Origin: Octopus sinensis
Taxonomy: Eukaryota
Direction of reading: 5' to 3'
Length of the DNA stretch: 64,000 nucleotides
Assembly (NCBI RefSeq): GCF_006345805.1
Contig: NC_043000.1
Location: 8,556,001-8,620,000 of the forward strand
Part shown: positions 12,948-27,489 of the stretch, in pieces
Numbering within the stretch: the first letter of the stretch is position 1
How the letters are laid out: every line of letters begins with the position of its first letter
Program-made: the position numbers and the translations under genes
The notes under the pieces: model-generated
What the model saw: the letters and a program-made list of their open reading frames with translations, nothing else
Told to the model about the DNA's origin: nothing
Databases searched by the model: none

Positions 12948-14057
12948 ATGACACCGAAAAAGAGAAGTCGCCTCGGCCGCCATACTGCAGCAGCAGCGGC
13001 GCAAAAGGCGATTATCGCAAACGAGTCCTCCGACAAAAACGCTTTCAGACTTTCACAGAGCGCCTTACGTTCAGCGGAATCACGAGCTGCTGAAAATTTA
13101 CAACAGCGCAACGCACGCCGAGCAAAAGTGGCTTCATACGATGCTGCTTCCAGGGCTTCAGAGGGTCCGGAAACAAGGCCGAATCGCATGGCCATAAAGG
13201 CAGCTGCTGTTGCTGCACAAAGGGCTTCAGAGGACCCACAACAAAGGTCACTCGACTGGCTACAAACGCTGCGGCTAATGCTGCTTCAACATTTTTGGAA
13301 CATTTACAACTACCGACCACTCACCTTCATACGAACGAGGCGCATTGCACTGCTTCCATGCCTTCTCAACATGCAGACGGCCAGTACATTACCATTGCAA
13401 ACTTCGCTTCTGCTACTCATGCGACACATTCCCACGACTCAGACCAGCAACCTTCTACATTCCAGTGGAACAGTCGACGGCGCAAGGCTACGCACGGTCT
13501 GACGAGTCCAAACAGCCCTTACTGGCATCTACGGGCTTTCAAGTATGAGCCCAACTTCAATTACTCGATGCACGCTGACATAAATATTGGGGAAATGTGC
13601 TTCAATTGCCAATTCTGCAATGCTAAAAAGTGAGCTGGGGAACCACCTGCAATGTGCTGCTTAAACGGTAAGGTCAGCTTGCCCCCTCTTCGGGAGCTGC
13701 CAGACCCTTTGAAGGAATACTTAATGGTTCCACCTCAAGGTCATTAAAATTCCTTCAACTCATCAGGAAGTACAATTGTGCATTTCAGATGACTTCTTTC
13801 GGGGCTAACGTTGTCAGAGAAACTGGTTGGATGCCTACTTCTGAAGGTCCAGGTGCAGTGTGCAACCTCGCATTCAATTCTTACACCATTCTACGAGGGG
13901 GAGGAACCCCTTTACACGGCTTTCTTATACACTTACAAATACATTCATTCGCCGTAAACTTATATCAATATTTGCCTGAATAATCATCATAATTCACTGC
14001 AGTCATTAACAGTACTTTAAGCAATTCAGCCCCGAGCAATGCCGGGCAATTCTGCTA

Positions 14058-14058
<1 letters not shown>
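12948..14058 (+). mobile_element. Helitron, internally deleted (RepHel N-terminus joined to 3' terminus)
   Basis: MTPKKRSRLGRH..RA.E..QR repeats; NIGEMCFNCQFCNAKK*AGEPPAMCCLNGKV; KYNCAFQMTSFGA; 3' hairpin cccgagcaatgccggg (14031-14046) then CTAG (14055-14058) followed by T. Confidence 0.85.
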
Positions 14059-14097
<39 letters not shown>

Positions 14098-14279
14098 TAA
14101 TATATGAAATTAACAATTGAGGATAAATCTTTAAAAGAAATTATCAGTAGTCAGCGTGAAAAACCTCGTAAGAGAAAAAATCCGTAAATTCTTCCTCTTT
14201 GAAAATATTCATTTATATAATTGAGGGTACTACTATTCGTAGATACCAACACGCTAAGAGGGACCAATGCGGTCAAAAC

Positions 14280-14404
14280 TACTAAAAATAAACAAAATTT
14301 TACCGAATGCAAAACTTCAAAACACATCATTTTAAACACATCGAATCTTTTTTAAAATGATGTGTTTTGAAGTTTTGCATTCGGTAAAATTTTGTTATTT
14401 TTAG

Positions 14405-14406
<2 letters not shown>
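14280..14406. repeat. Foldback, ~56-bp arms, 14-nt spacer
   Basis: aaattttaccgaatgcaaaacttcaaaacacatcattttaaa and its reverse complement. Confidence 0.9.
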
Positions 14407-14488
<82 letters not shown>

Positions 14489-14837
14489 GTGTGTTATGTA
14501 AAAATGATAGAAAAATCTCATCCGAAATGCCTCCGCCACATACTCAAAATAAACAGGTCCTCACTCATTCCTCAATATTGAAGCTAGGATTACATGAAAC
14601 CAAGCCATGCTTAAAACGAATCAACTACGATGGACTGGCCATCTTTCCTGTATGGATGATGAGCGCATTCTCAAACAAAAGCTTTATGGTTAGCTTATGT
14701 TGGGAAAGAGAATAAATAGTAAGGGGAAGAAGAGAATACAAAGACTCCTTAAAATTAAACACCTATTTATACACCTGTCTTCGTCTTTTGTTTTTATGTA
14801 AATTTTAACTACACACACACACACATACACACACACA

Positions 14838-15065
14838 CGAGGTGGTGCTGAAAGTTCCCGGCTTTGGCTAAAAGAAAATACAGGCGAACCAGTTAATTAG
14901 GATTTTGTTCAGTATATTCCTCTCTTAGATTCACACACTTATTGGAGCGGTCCTTCAGTTTTTCTAAGCCAATCCTGTAATGAAAAGAAATCGGGGAGGA
15001 GGTTGATCCTCCAGTCAGGGCCTTTCGCGATACCCTTAAAGCCAGGAACTTTTCAGCACCTCTCG
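14838..15065. mobile_element. Mariner-type MITE
   Basis: TIRs cgaggtggtgctgaaagttcccggcttt / aaagccaggaacttttcagcacctctcg, followed by TA on the right. Confidence 0.75.
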
Positions 15066-15815
15066 TATACTTGTGTGTGTGTGTGTGTGTTGAAATATAT
15101 ATTTACATGAATACATATAAATGTGAGCAGACATGCATACGTATATTTACATGCACACACACACACATACGCACACACGCGCACACACACACAAATAGGC
15201 ATGCACATATATATTACATGTTCTCACATACATACACGAATGATTATACATATAACACATATATAAATAAATTAGGAACCGCTTCCGAATCTCGTCGATG
15301 TTGGCGTCTCAAAGCAGTCTTTGATGAGATAAAAAGTTTCCTTCTATGCAACAGTAACAGACGCAGAGAAGTAAAGGACTGAATTAACAGCATAAACAGA
15401 GAGGGAAGGAGAAGGAACTTTCAACTGAAAATGCAGAGTGGGATATTTTAGTATTTCGTCATCCTGGCAGATACACTAACCATTCAATCGACTATTAAAG
15501 TGAAGGTCATTGTAACAAGACGCTTCATGTAGAAACACCCTCCCCCTTTCATTGGTGGTTATGCTTAAACAGAGAGGAAAGTACGTTCGTTTGAATTGCT
15601 CTTTGTATGCACTCTCATAATTTACCACCAAGCATTTAATTATGCACCTACACACACACGCACACACACACACACACACACACGCACACACATACAGACA
15701 CACATATATACATACCCATAAGTTTTCTCTCTCCCCCTCCCCCCTCTCTATATATTATGTGTGAGTGCGTACATATATGTATATTTATGTGTGCGTATAT
15801 ATATATATATATATA

Positions 15816-15920
15816 TTTACTTGTTTCAGCCTTTAGTCGAGCAAATCGACCCCAGGACTTATTCTTTGTAAGCCTAGTACTTATTATATCGGTCTCTTTG
15901 CTGAACTGGTAAGTTACGGA
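15816..15920 (-). mobile_element. SINE family A, 3' fragment
   Basis: Tail-half match with internal deletion. Confidence 0.75.
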
Positions 15921-15949
15921 CACACACACACACACACACATATGCATAT

Positions 15950-16335
15950 AGGCGTAGCTTTGTGGTAAGAAGTTTGCTTCCCAACCACGTGGTTCCGGGT
16001 TCAGTTCCACTGCGTGGCACCTTCCGCAGTTGTCTTCTATTATAGCCTCGGGCTGACTAAAGCCTTGTGAGTGGATTTGCTAGATGAAAACTGAAAGAAG
16101 CCCGTCGTATATATATGTATGTATGTGTGTGAGTGTATCTGAGTCTGTGTTTATCCTCCCAGTTACCGCTTGACAACCGATGTTGGTGTGTTTAAGTCCC
16201 TGTAACCTGGCGGTTCAGCAAAGATCCCGATAGAATAATTGCTCCTGATGTCGATTCGTTCGTCTAAAACCCTTCAAAGCGGTGCTCCAGCCTGTCCGCA
16301 GTCAAATGACAGAAACAAGTAAAAGAATAAAAGAT
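15950..16335 (+). mobile_element. SINE family A
   Basis: Full-length diverged copy. Confidence 0.85.
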
Positions 16336-16889
16336 TAAAAAATATAATAAATGCAGTCAAAACACGGAGCTACAAAGAAAAAGTACGAATATCAGAAGAC
16401 GAAAGCTAGTCGGGCTGACGTGGATTATAAAAGCATACGATACGGGAAGTTTAACGAAATGGGGCTAATCTATTTTTATATTTAATATCACTTGGAGTTA
16501 ATACAACCAACTGATTGTTACTAGAGATGAATCAATTATTAATACAGACAGTAATTAATTAATTAATTAATTAATTGTAGGATCTTTCCTAGATGTTCAT
16601 TTGAATTTTTATAAACAAGGGCGTTTGAAAATTATACATGGAATATAATACCATATGATATACAATACAGTATAATTATAAACATACATAGATTACATAC
16701 ACACACACATATCTATATATTCATATGTATGCATATACATGTATACACACGCACAGACATAGACATATATTAACATAAATACATTCATGCAAGTTAAACC
16801 GTATTACAAATGTAAATATTATAATTTATGCGAGAAAAATTATGTTTGTTTAAACTATCGAGGGGGTTTCTACTTGTTGGTAATGTTCA

Positions 16890-18430
16890 TAGGTTTATAA
16901 TGTCGGGTTGAACTGTGCGTGCGGTGCCTGCAAGAAGAGATGAATTCACAAACGTTGTTTCATAAAGCGTGTTGAACAAACAGGACTTAATTTTTCTCTA
17001 ATGTACATAATTGACACTGTTTTTCATTATGGTTGTACGGTTTGTCTCTTGCACTATATGTTGATTTGAGAGTAAGAGGTCTTTAGTTGACAGGCGTATG
17101 CCGGTAGTGAAGTGGGGGATTTACTATTTCTGTATTTAAGCGCAAAGAAGCGTAGTATCTTTTTCAAATGGTTCACAGTAAAACCCACATGCAATTATAA
17201 TCCAGAGCAGGTTTCTAAACCAGTTCTTTGGTATTAGAAAACATAGGTTACTGCCACTGCGCTTGAAATTAGATGGGAAACAAGTATTGTTTTGGTGACT
17301 GTTTCTTAATTTGTTTACGCTTGAAAATGTAACTGCTTGAGTGGAGTTTCTTTTGTTGAGAGCAAAATGTTGCGTCTGTCTATGTCGAACAATTTATAGC
17401 ATATCTAGTGTTTTAGGAAGTGTATACCTAAGAGCCTAAAAACGTTGTTTTAAAGGCTGGGTTATACCAGTTAAGTGATGTCTTTAGATTTCTTTGTCAA
17501 AAGAATTAGTTACATTTTGTATATATTTTGTCTCTCTGACTACTTTTCGGTAGTGCATCATTCAGTGGCACGCTGATTCATTGAAAACTTTTTTTATCGA
17601 AAGCAATGAAAATATTATTTGTGAAGTATTTTAGATCAGTTTTTTAAAGAATATTTCTCAGGGGGATTGATTGTTTGTTTATGTGAAAGAAAGAAAAAGA
17701 GGAAAAAGAAACTGCGTCTTATTACGATTTTTATGTAGGCTAAATATGTTATTTGATAAGGTTAGCATTACACCAAGAAACTTCATTCATTTTTTTACTC
17801 TATACGATAAGGATTTTAAATCCTAATTGTTTGAAAAAAAGGTGGAGATATTTCCGAAATCTCTCTGCAAATTTAGGGGACATTCTTGTTAATAACAACA
17901 ATCCGTCGTCTTGGTACAGACCTCTTTTTATGAATGGGAAATTCACTTTCATTTTGTGTAAAACATGCACTTTGTGTGAAATATATAAGCCAACTAGGAA
18001 GATGGCTTTTGCAGAGTCCTTGCGATCCCAAACTAACGTTGAAAGGATCGAGAACACTGCTATCTTTCTTTATCCATTTGCTATTATTATGGAATAATAA
18101 AGCTTTATGGGTTTAACTATATGGTTTCGATTTGGGTGGATATGATGTTGATGATATTGCCAGCATGGTAAATGCATCCGAAAGTTTCATTTGGTAAATG
18201 GAACCACAGTCACAAATGTCGAACTGAAGGGGAAAACACTTGCCAAAGATCACAAGAATTTCGAACATTTCCAAAGTGGCGTTTTGGAAATATTTTTAAT
18301 AGGTTGTATAGAATCTAATGTCGTTGTGGTGATTATGCCAATGTCAGACTTTTGCAGTTCTCACCGTTTGTTCTTACTGTCCTGTTTTTGTTACAACTTT
18401 AACCCTCCGCAAAAAATCCCAAATTTAATT
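16890..18430 (-). mobile_element. Penelope-like element, degenerate RT plus GIY-YIG
   Basis: Minus frames: KSDIGII..LD, FDI, LVGLYI, GLYQDDGLLLL..RKYLHLFFKQLGFKILI, KFLGVMLTL, WYNPAF, KRYY, PYNHNEKQCQLCTLEK, CRH. Confidence 0.85.
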
Positions 18431-18728
18431 TAATTTAATTTGTTTCGCAGGAAGGACTGTTTTAACGAAGTCGCGTCTTATCCCTACCTTCGTAACGCGG
18501 AGTAGATAAAACAGGGGACAACTGATGAAGGGAATGTTCTTTATGTTGCTAGTCTCGTTTCTCTATTTACTTTTTCGTTGTTCGAAAAAAGTTCGTATTC
18601 CATGCTTTTGTTTTTTATGTTCTCGTTTCTCATTTTATTCACGTTTTTTCTGACGTCCTGTACCCATATATGCATGTATATAGACATATATATATAGGCA
18701 TGTACATGGATGTCTGTATATATGCATA

Positions 18729-18846
<118 letters not shown>

Positions 18847-18915
18847 CATACATATATATATAGCATAGACAAATATATATATATATTATACATATATATT
18901 GTACATATCTATCTA

Positions 18916-18952
<37 letters not shown>

Positions 18953-18966
18953 ATCTATAATATATA

Positions 18967-20224
18967 TCAGGTTATCCCATAAGTTCTCTCCGATTTTACC
19001 TTTTTTAAAACTGAATGAAATTTAATAGTATTTTATTATGTCTAATAGAATTAAAAATTATTTTTATACATTTGTCTACATTTAAACTAATTAAATATCA
19101 TTTTACAGAATAATAGAATTAAAATTTCTTTGATTAAAACCTTTTCTAACATGGAAGTATCCAAAGAGCATTTGAGGCACATAATGCTCTATGAGTACAA
19201 AAAAGGAAACTCTGCAGCCGAAGCCACTCGAAGCATACACTCAGTTTATGGGAAAGAATGTTTGAATGAAAGAACTTGCAGAAGATAGTTTGCAAAATTC
19301 TTTAGTGGAGATTTCAGCCTTGAAGATGAAGATCGAACAGGACGTCCAGTTGAGTTTGATGATAAGCTCCTTGAGGCATTACTTGAAGAAAAACCTGCAT
19401 TATCAGTTGAAGAATTGGCGATAAAGCTTAGTTCAAACCATACAACTGTTCATCGTCATCTTCAACAACTTGGAAAATGGGTACCTCATGAATTGTCCAA
19501 AAGCAACCGCAAATCCCGAGTTGACATCTGTTCTTCTCTCCATTCTCGCGAACTCATTTCACCCTTTTTCGATAGACTTGTGACTGGTGACGAAAAGTGG
19601 ATCTTCTATCGAAATGTTAAACGTCGTTAACAGTGGCTTGGTAAAAGGGAAACAGCTCAACCGCAACCGAGAAGGGAACTTCATGGAAAAAAGTTCTTCT
19701 CTCTATCTGGTGGGATCGCAAAGGAGTAATTCACTTTGAATTGTTACCACCTAATGCAACAATCAATGCTCAAATCTACTATGAGCAATTAGAGCGTTTG
19801 GACCAAGCTTTGAAGAAAAAAAGACCCGCTTTAGTGAATCGAAAGGTAGTGATGTTTCATCAGGACAATGCGCGACTCCACACTGCAAAGATCACATCAC
19901 AGAAGATCGAAGAGCTTGGTTGGGAAAAAATTCCTCATCCACCTTATTCTCCCGACCTTGCTCCTTCAGACTACCATTTGTTTCGTAGTTTACAGAATCA
20001 TTTGGAGGACATAACTTTCGCAAGCCAGGAGGAGGTCGAAACTTACATTTCAGAGTTCTTCGCTTTGAAACCAAAAGAGTTTTACATTGATAGGATTAAA
20101 ATGCTTGTAAATAGATGGAAGGAAGTCATAGATAATCAGGGAAAGTAAATTGATGATTAAATATCAATTATATATAACATTTGATCACTTATTTTCTTTA
20201 TTCAAAACTTGTGGGATGACCTGA
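18967..20224 (+). mobile_element. Mariner (DD34D) transposon, full length, inactivated
   Basis: TIRs tcaggttatcccataagtt / aacttgtgggatgacctga flanked by TA. Transposase 19151-20148 with KWVPHEL, VTGDEKW, HQDNAR, HPPYSPDLAPSDYHLF and internal stops. Confidence 0.95.
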
Positions 20225-20339
20225 TATATATATATATATATAATATATATTGTGTGTGTGTGTGTACATATACACATATACATATATAAACATATATATA
20301 TATATATGTGTACATACATATATTTACATATATACATAG

Positions 20340-20729
20340 TTGTAAAATAAAATATGTTGTATATAAAGCTACTATTACAACACATGAACTTTCTAGGTTT
20401 CATTGTATTGGTTGCACGCAGACCCCCCCCTCTTAAATTACGTTTGAATACTCATAAATCATCTTTTAATGATCCTCGGAAAGAAAGTAGTAGTAGTTTA
20501 TCCAAAAAGGTATTCTCTCTTTTATTCTTTTACTTGTTTCAGTCATTTGACTGCGGCCATGCTGGAACACCACCTTTAGTCCAGCAAATCGACCCCGGGA
20601 CTTATTCTTTGTAAGCCTAGTACTTATTCCTATCAGTCGCTTTTGTCGAACCGCTAAGTGACGGGGACGTAACACACCACCATCGGTTGTCAAGCAATGC
20701 TGGAGGGACAAACACAGGCACACAAACAT

Positions 20730-20801
<72 letters not shown>

Positions 20802-21200
20802 TACGACAGGCTTCTTTCAGTTTCCGTCTACCAAATCCACTCACAAGGCATTGGTCGGCCCGAGGCTATAGCAGAAGACACTTGCCCAAGATGCCACGCA
20901 GTGGGACTGAACCCGGAACCATGTGGTTGGTTAGCAAGCTACTTACCACACAGCCACTCCTGCGCCTATGGCAACTTAAATGACATAACATGAATAACTC
21001 AATTTCTTGGAATATTGTTTCTTCTGCCCCTTCCTATACGATTAGAAATAGAACTTGTCTTTTATGCCTAGAAGAGTCTTATATAATTATGAAAAGGAAT
21101 GGTTTCATCTTAAATTCAAGAGATGAAAGAGCTTTTTCTGCTAAACGTCCAAATGTCTTTTCATTAACCTTAATTAGCCTTATTGATTACCTCGTTTCCA
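20340..21200 (+). mobile_element. Penelope-like element GIY-YIG C-terminus, split by a SINE
   Basis: YVVYKATITT..CIGCTQT..KLRLNTHKSSFN..SLSKK[SINE]WQLK..SISWNIVSSAPSY..CLLCLEE..LNSRDE. Confidence 0.85.
20513..20967 (-). mobile_element. SINE family A nested in Penelope ORF
   Basis: Family match; junctions share tat. Confidence 0.9.
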
Positions 21201-21224
21201 TTTTTAATTAGTTCTTATTATACT

Positions 21225-21830
21225 CTTAGGTGTATGTGTATGTATGTCTTCTCTGTGTGTGCATGTATATATGTACTTTCTTTGGTGCATATGCATGTAT
21301 GTATGTGTACATGTGTGTATGTATAAATTCGTATATATATATATATTATATATGTGTGTATATGTATGTATGTGAGTGTATGCATATGTATGTGTCCGTG
21401 TGTATGCATATATACATATGTGTGTATGTTTGTATGTATGTATATATATATGTCTTTGTATGTGTGTATATATATTACTTATATATAAGCATGTATATAT
21501 GTGTGCGTGTACATATTTATGTATGTGTGTGTATGATATATGTATATTTATGTGTATGTATGTGTGTGTATATATATATATATGTGTATGTGTGTGTGTA
21601 TGTATGTGCGTGTATATATATATATGCGTCTTATGTGAATACGTACTTTATTATTTTATTTTACTTGTTTGTACTTTATTATTATTTTACTTGTTTGTAT
21701 CTTCCCTTACGCACTTGTACGTGTATGTGTGACTGTATGCATGTGTGTGTTTGTATGTGTGTGTATGTGTGTGTATGTGTACGTGTGTATGTGTACGTGT
21801 GTATGTATAAATGTATGACTGTATATCCTT
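21225..21830. repeat. Degenerate (TG/TA)n microsatellite field
   Basis: Direct sequence; source of the 230-aa YVCV ORF. Confidence 0.85.
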
Positions 21831-22073
21831 ATGTGTTAAGTGTATACATTTTTTCTATCACTTGTAAATTTATTCGTTTTTGTTCCTATTCTTTTTTCAT
21901 TATCTCCCCTACCCCGAGCTAGTTTTTGAGTAAGGTAACTCTCTTGAATACACCGACCGGTCTTGTCCGTGATTGTTGCTTTTTATTTGTTAAGTTCTTT
22001 CTGGTTTTCTCCCTGCTTGTATGTAGATTTTTGCTTAAATGTTGTATCTTTTTCAAACATATCAGCTTTAAGC

Positions 22074-22142
<69 letters not shown>

Positions 22143-22526
22143 TTTTTCAATATTAATATGTAAACGTATAACTCTCTGTGGCTCTTTTTCTGCTAGTGAA
22201 CCTGTTGCGTTATATTCTACTATACACACGTAACCTTGTTTACATTATACTTCGTCTCGACCCGTTACTATTTCTCTAAACATATCCGTTAGATTTCTAT
22301 TTTTATGTTATAGTTTACTGCACATATAGACTTGCATACACATTGATATGTCTCTTTCGTTTTCGTCTCTCTCACTATTCTTATTGTTATTATCTTTCCC
22401 CTTTACAACTTGTTTGTAAATATCTGATTTTTTCCGTTCACCCTATCTGTATTCTCCCTTATTTTATTTTATTTTATTTTATTTTATTCTATTAAACCCT
22501 TTTTGATGTTCTCCCAAAAATTCCTC

Positions 22527-22623
22527 ACACTGCTGAGAATGACAATGCATAAATTTAATTATAATTACTATGATTATAATTTTTTCTTACATATTTGTAT
22601 TGTCTTTCGAAACGTGCGTATGT
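22527..22623 (+). ncRNA. Hammerhead motif with one core substitution
   Basis: aca-CTGCTGA-gaatgacaatgca..tgtattgtctttc-GAAA-C-GTGC-G-TA-tgt. Confidence 0.6.
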
Positions 22624-23029
22624 ATTGAATCCAATTTTGTATTAAATCTAATTTTGATTCAACATCTTTTTCCTCCTTTTTTATACTTCTCTATGGTATA
22701 TTTATACCTATAACGAAATTTTTCAACTATCATTTTCATATTCTTATTATTTGCTCTGGCTATTTTTTATGAATATGATGAATCTTTATTAGAAATCATT
22801 TTTCTCTCTTTTTGGATCTCTCAAAAAGTTTGAATTGTTTCTTTTGTGAACTTATATATATGTGTGTATGTATATATATAGATATATATATATACGTATT
22901 AATATATATGTATGTATATATATACATGTATACATATATATATGTATATATGTATATATATATATATATATACATACAGTATATATATGTATTATTGTAT
23001 ATATATATATATATTATATATATATACAT

Positions 23030-23179
23030 ACCCGCAGAGGCACTCGGCGTTGCCCGGGAATAAATTCTTCCTTACATATTGGAAGAAAAAAGCAAATATA
23101 TTGTATAGAAATATTTTATTCTAAATTCAATTCTTTAATTGAGAAATCAATTCTGAATTCATAATACAAAGCAATAATG

Positions 23180-23247
<68 letters not shown>

Positions 23248-24540
23248 CGAAAATACAAAATTTACCAGTTTTATGAAAGGAAATAAATTCTACCACGTAT
23301 GTTGCAGGAAATTATGTAAGAGCTTCTGGGTAAACAACATTCTTTGTTTTCTGGTTTGGAGCATAGACAAATGAGTCTTGCAAACTACCTACCTCGGAGC
23401 AGCCAACATAGTTGACCATGAGAAAAGCAAGCCAGTAGATTTCAAAGACTGACCTTGAGCTTTATTAATAGACATTGCAAAGCGAAGTTGCATTGGGAAT
23501 TTTGTTCGTTTGAACTCAAATGGCATGTCTTGATTGGTTTGATTGGAATTCTTGGAACAAAAACCTCTTCCCCAGAGTCACATCCAGTGATGATGGTAGC
23601 GTCTGTCACTTTAGGTGATAATGTCTTCACAATCAACCATGTCGCATTTTATCATTTAGGAGGATCTAAATTTCTTAGAAATATCATTGGGACTCCTACC
23701 TTCAGAAAAAGTTTATGTGGAGGAATTCCAGGTGGCTCAAGAAAATTAAGGAAATCTATTGGGTAATGGACAGCTTGATTTTCATCAACTGATTTGTGCT
23801 TCTTAATGACTGTTGATATTCATTAATTCATGGTTAATTCTTGCCACTGTCTCATTTTTTTGAGTATGAATTCCTCTTTCACGCAACCATTTATGTGAAT
23901 TATAATTATTACTTAATTCTGGTAATATCCTGTTCTTCAATCCAGCTGGGGAATTCACTATGGTAGCAATGTGAGCCAAACTGATATCACCATTCCCATC
24001 AAATAGTATTTTCCTGTTTCCTAATTGGGGGAGCCAAGTTGAAAACTGTTTTGCACATTGGTCCCCATGTAATGAAGCTCGCACGTTAGTATTGAAGGAG
24101 AATTTCAGTACTTTATTCCATAGGTGTGAAGATTTCATGCATGCTTTTATTTTATCAGATGTTGTTCGTCTCAGAAGGACTGGTAATGTCTGTCTGAAGT
24201 CTCCTGATAAAACTAATGTAACTCCTCCCATAAATTGAATGTCACCTTTGATGTCCTATAAGGTCATACCAATAGGTTCCATTCACCTCTATGTGACATG
24301 GTGCATTCATCCAAATGATAACGTGGCATTAGCACAACACTTCTGGTGAACCTAAATCTTTGCTTATGTTACAAATTGGACTGTCACTTGTGATCAGGTT
24401 TACGGGTAATTTAAAAGCAGAATGAGCTGTTCATCCTCCTGGAAGAATGGTGGCAGCAAAGCCAGACAATGGTACAGCAACTGCAATTTTTTTGTTGCCT
24501 TACTTTAGAGCATCAAGAAAGAAAATTCCTCTGCTTTTTT
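23030..24540 (-). mobile_element. Helitron 3' part (PIF1-like helicase), degenerate
   Basis: LPGG*TAHSAFKLP, MGGVTLVLSGDFRQTLPV, LEPPGIPPHKLFLKVG, VPRIP, NVVYPEAL; 3' hairpin cccgggcaacgccgag at 23043-23058 with degenerate CTAG. Confidence 0.9.
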
Positions 24541-25093
24541 CTGACGATTGTGGAACGCCGCACGCACACACAGAGATAGACACACGCACACATGCACACA
24601 CATGGATACATATACATACAGTATCAAACATCAGATGAAATGGACGCGTGTGAGTGTGTGTGAGAGAGAGAGCGAGTGAAGGGGTGTGTTGTCATGTATA
24701 CGTACATACATAAATAAATTGGCATACATCTTTCTTGCATGTATATGTGCGTGGAGAGAGAGAGAGAGAGAGAGAGAGAGCCACTTAGATATCACTCTCT
24801 TTCTCACACACATACATACAAAAAGTTGTATGCATAAGTATTTATGTATGTACGTATACATGACAACACACGCCTTCACTCACTCACACACAGACTCACA
24901 CACATACATAAATGTATACAAACGTTTGCGTGTGTGACTGACAACAAATACATAGAGCTGAACACAGCGGGAAAAAGAAAATAAATAAAAAGTTTTTACG
25001 TAAATGAACGAAATATGCGATATTTGTTAAATAAAGAAATGAAACCTGGAGTGTGTATGCGTGTGTGTGTGTGTTTGTGTGTTTGTGTGTGTT

Positions 25094-25139
<46 letters not shown>

Positions 25140-25299
25140 AAACAATGCATAAGATAGACATGAAATGAAAAAATCGTATAAATAAAAGCAGGTTAAAAAC
25201 TATCTTGTACCGAATAATTAAATTTATGAACTTAATAAATATTTCTTTCAGTAATTTATCGTTGTTGTTTACAAATAGAGAATTAAAACTTAAAATGAA

Positions 25300-25760
25300 A
25301 ATATTAAAATTAGACAGGGACAGACTTCGCCGTTTTTATGTCAGTACCGGAAGTTGACACTTAGAAACCTTTTTAAAGAAGTGAATCTAATTTAATAATA
25401 TTCCGAGGTATATTTGTAGAGAATTTCATTAAAAAATATCCATTCTCTTGAAAGTTAAGTCGTATTGAAGTGGACTCCGGCGAATTTTCAGAAGTTCCTC
25501 ACCCCCTCTTAAAACACATACCCCTAAAAAATTTGTATATTCGGAATCTACATGAAATAACACATATTCGTAGAAAATTTTATTAAAAAATATCCATTTT
25601 ACTGAAAGTTATGATCATCCAAATATGGTGGAGGGCAGCAATTTGTAGCTATGCCGACAAATTTGATACTTGGCATGGTTGTATATGTTTACAGAAATAC
25701 ACAAGTGCAGAAGATAGCAAACAATCAAAATAACTTGGTAACGGAAATTATGTTTCTTAA
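25300..25760. mobile_element. Probable non-autonomous DNA element with internal direct repeats
   Basis: tagagaatttcattaaaaaatatccatt..gaaagtta repeated at ~25417 and ~25570. Confidence 0.35.
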
Positions 25761-26291
25761 TACGACGGGCAGAAAGGAAATAAGAAATTTTAACGGAAAA
25801 TAAAGTATTGAATGTTTTGAGGCAAAATGTGTCACTCAGTGAACCAAAGAGCCAGTGTCGAAGGAACCAGAAAGAAACCGTCAACAACAGAAAAACACAA
25901 AACCGTACGGATTGAAGTGAAATTTATGAAGATACTTCTGTCAGTAAATTATAAAATTACTTACATCAGTAATTGTGAACTTCTTTCTGTCAGTAATTTG
26001 TCGTTGTTTGTTTGTAAATACCGATTGAAAACTTACAGTGAAAACAATAACATGGAAGTTAATCAATGGCGCATGAAAATTAAAAGTGAAAAGAATAGCG
26101 TCTGAAAAATGAAAGTGAAAACAAGAGATATAAATAGAGAGAGATGGGTAGAGAGATATACATAAAGAGATATGTTACGTCACTGACGCTAGAAAACCGA
26201 AGGTAAATATTTTAAAAACTTTCAAAGATGTGAATATAATATAAAAAGGAATATTTTTTTATTTTTTTTGATTATTTTTAATAATAAAATC

Positions 26292-26362
<71 letters not shown>

Positions 26363-26405
26363 ATATATATATGTATGTATGTATGTGTGTGTGTGTGTGT
26401 AACAA

Positions 26406-26588
26406 TTGCAGCGTGTAAGGTGCTTATAAGCCATTAAGAAACAAAAAAAACCCCGTTAGATTCACTTTAAATTTAATTTGCCAAAATAAGCGACGAAAAT
26501 ATTTTGGCAAATCAAACTTAAATGTTGAAGTGAATCTAATGATTTTTTGTGTTTCTTAAATGGCTTATAAACACCTTCCACGCTGCAA
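26406..26588. repeat. Imperfect foldback, ~85-bp arms
   Basis: ttgcagcgtg..tttgccaaaata / tattttggcaaa..cacgctgcaa. Confidence 0.85.
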
Positions 26589-26669
26589 GTTTTTTCGTTC
26601 CAACACACGATCTCAGATCAGGTCTTTTGCTATGCAATACATCTCCGTAATATATATATATCTATATAT

Positions 26670-26716
<47 letters not shown>

Positions 26717-26721
<5 letters not shown>

Positions 26722-27180
26722 CAATATAGGGTAGCAAAAAAATTCAAGAAAAATTCAAGAAAAATTTTCTGCAACCAGCGGTCAAGTGAGAAAATAGAAA
26801 TAGTCACAGACTATATAATATATTCAACAAAATATATTCGTTTGGTGACTTTGCTGATGAAACAAGCCAATCGCAAACGGATTTAATTTAATTTAATTAA
26901 GTTCGATTGAGTAAAAATTGTTGAAACCTTGCAGGGTACAAAGTTGAAAGGGATAAATGTTTTTATTTCTCCTTTAGCTTTCAGAATTACTACTATTTTT
27001 GCGGTTTGAGTTTGGCTGCTCTTTTCAAGTGAGTTAAAAGACCTGTTAGGGTCATTGCTTAATACTTTGTTGAATATATTATATAGTCTGTGACTATTTC
27101 TATTTTCTCACTTGAACGCTGGTTGCAGAAAATTTTTCTTGAATTTTTCTTGAATTTTTTTGCTACCCTATATTGATAAA
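26717..27180. repeat. 115-bp near-perfect inverted repeats around a 234-bp spacer (MITE-like)
   Basis: 26717-26831 matches the reverse complement of 27066-27180. Confidence 0.9.
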
Positions 27181-27390
27181 TTAATAATTTTTGACTAATT
27201 CTGAAATTGTATCAGCAGTTTATATTTGCTGCTGAGTAGTTGGCGCGGTTACGTTGGATTTCGAAAAATTAGGATATATACTATATACTATATATTATCT
27301 CTAATCTTATTTTATATATTTATACTGTGAAATTTGATTTAATACTCAATTGAATTTTTCCCTGTAAGTTTGGAGTTACACTCCTAATAT

Positions 27391-27460
<70 letters not shown>

Positions 27461-27489
27461 ATATTAAAAGCAGCAGAAATTCAACAAAA

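Noticed and set aside
18515-18600. CTGATGA at ~18522 as a hammerhead
   Set aside because: No matching stem II or GAAAC..UH downstream.
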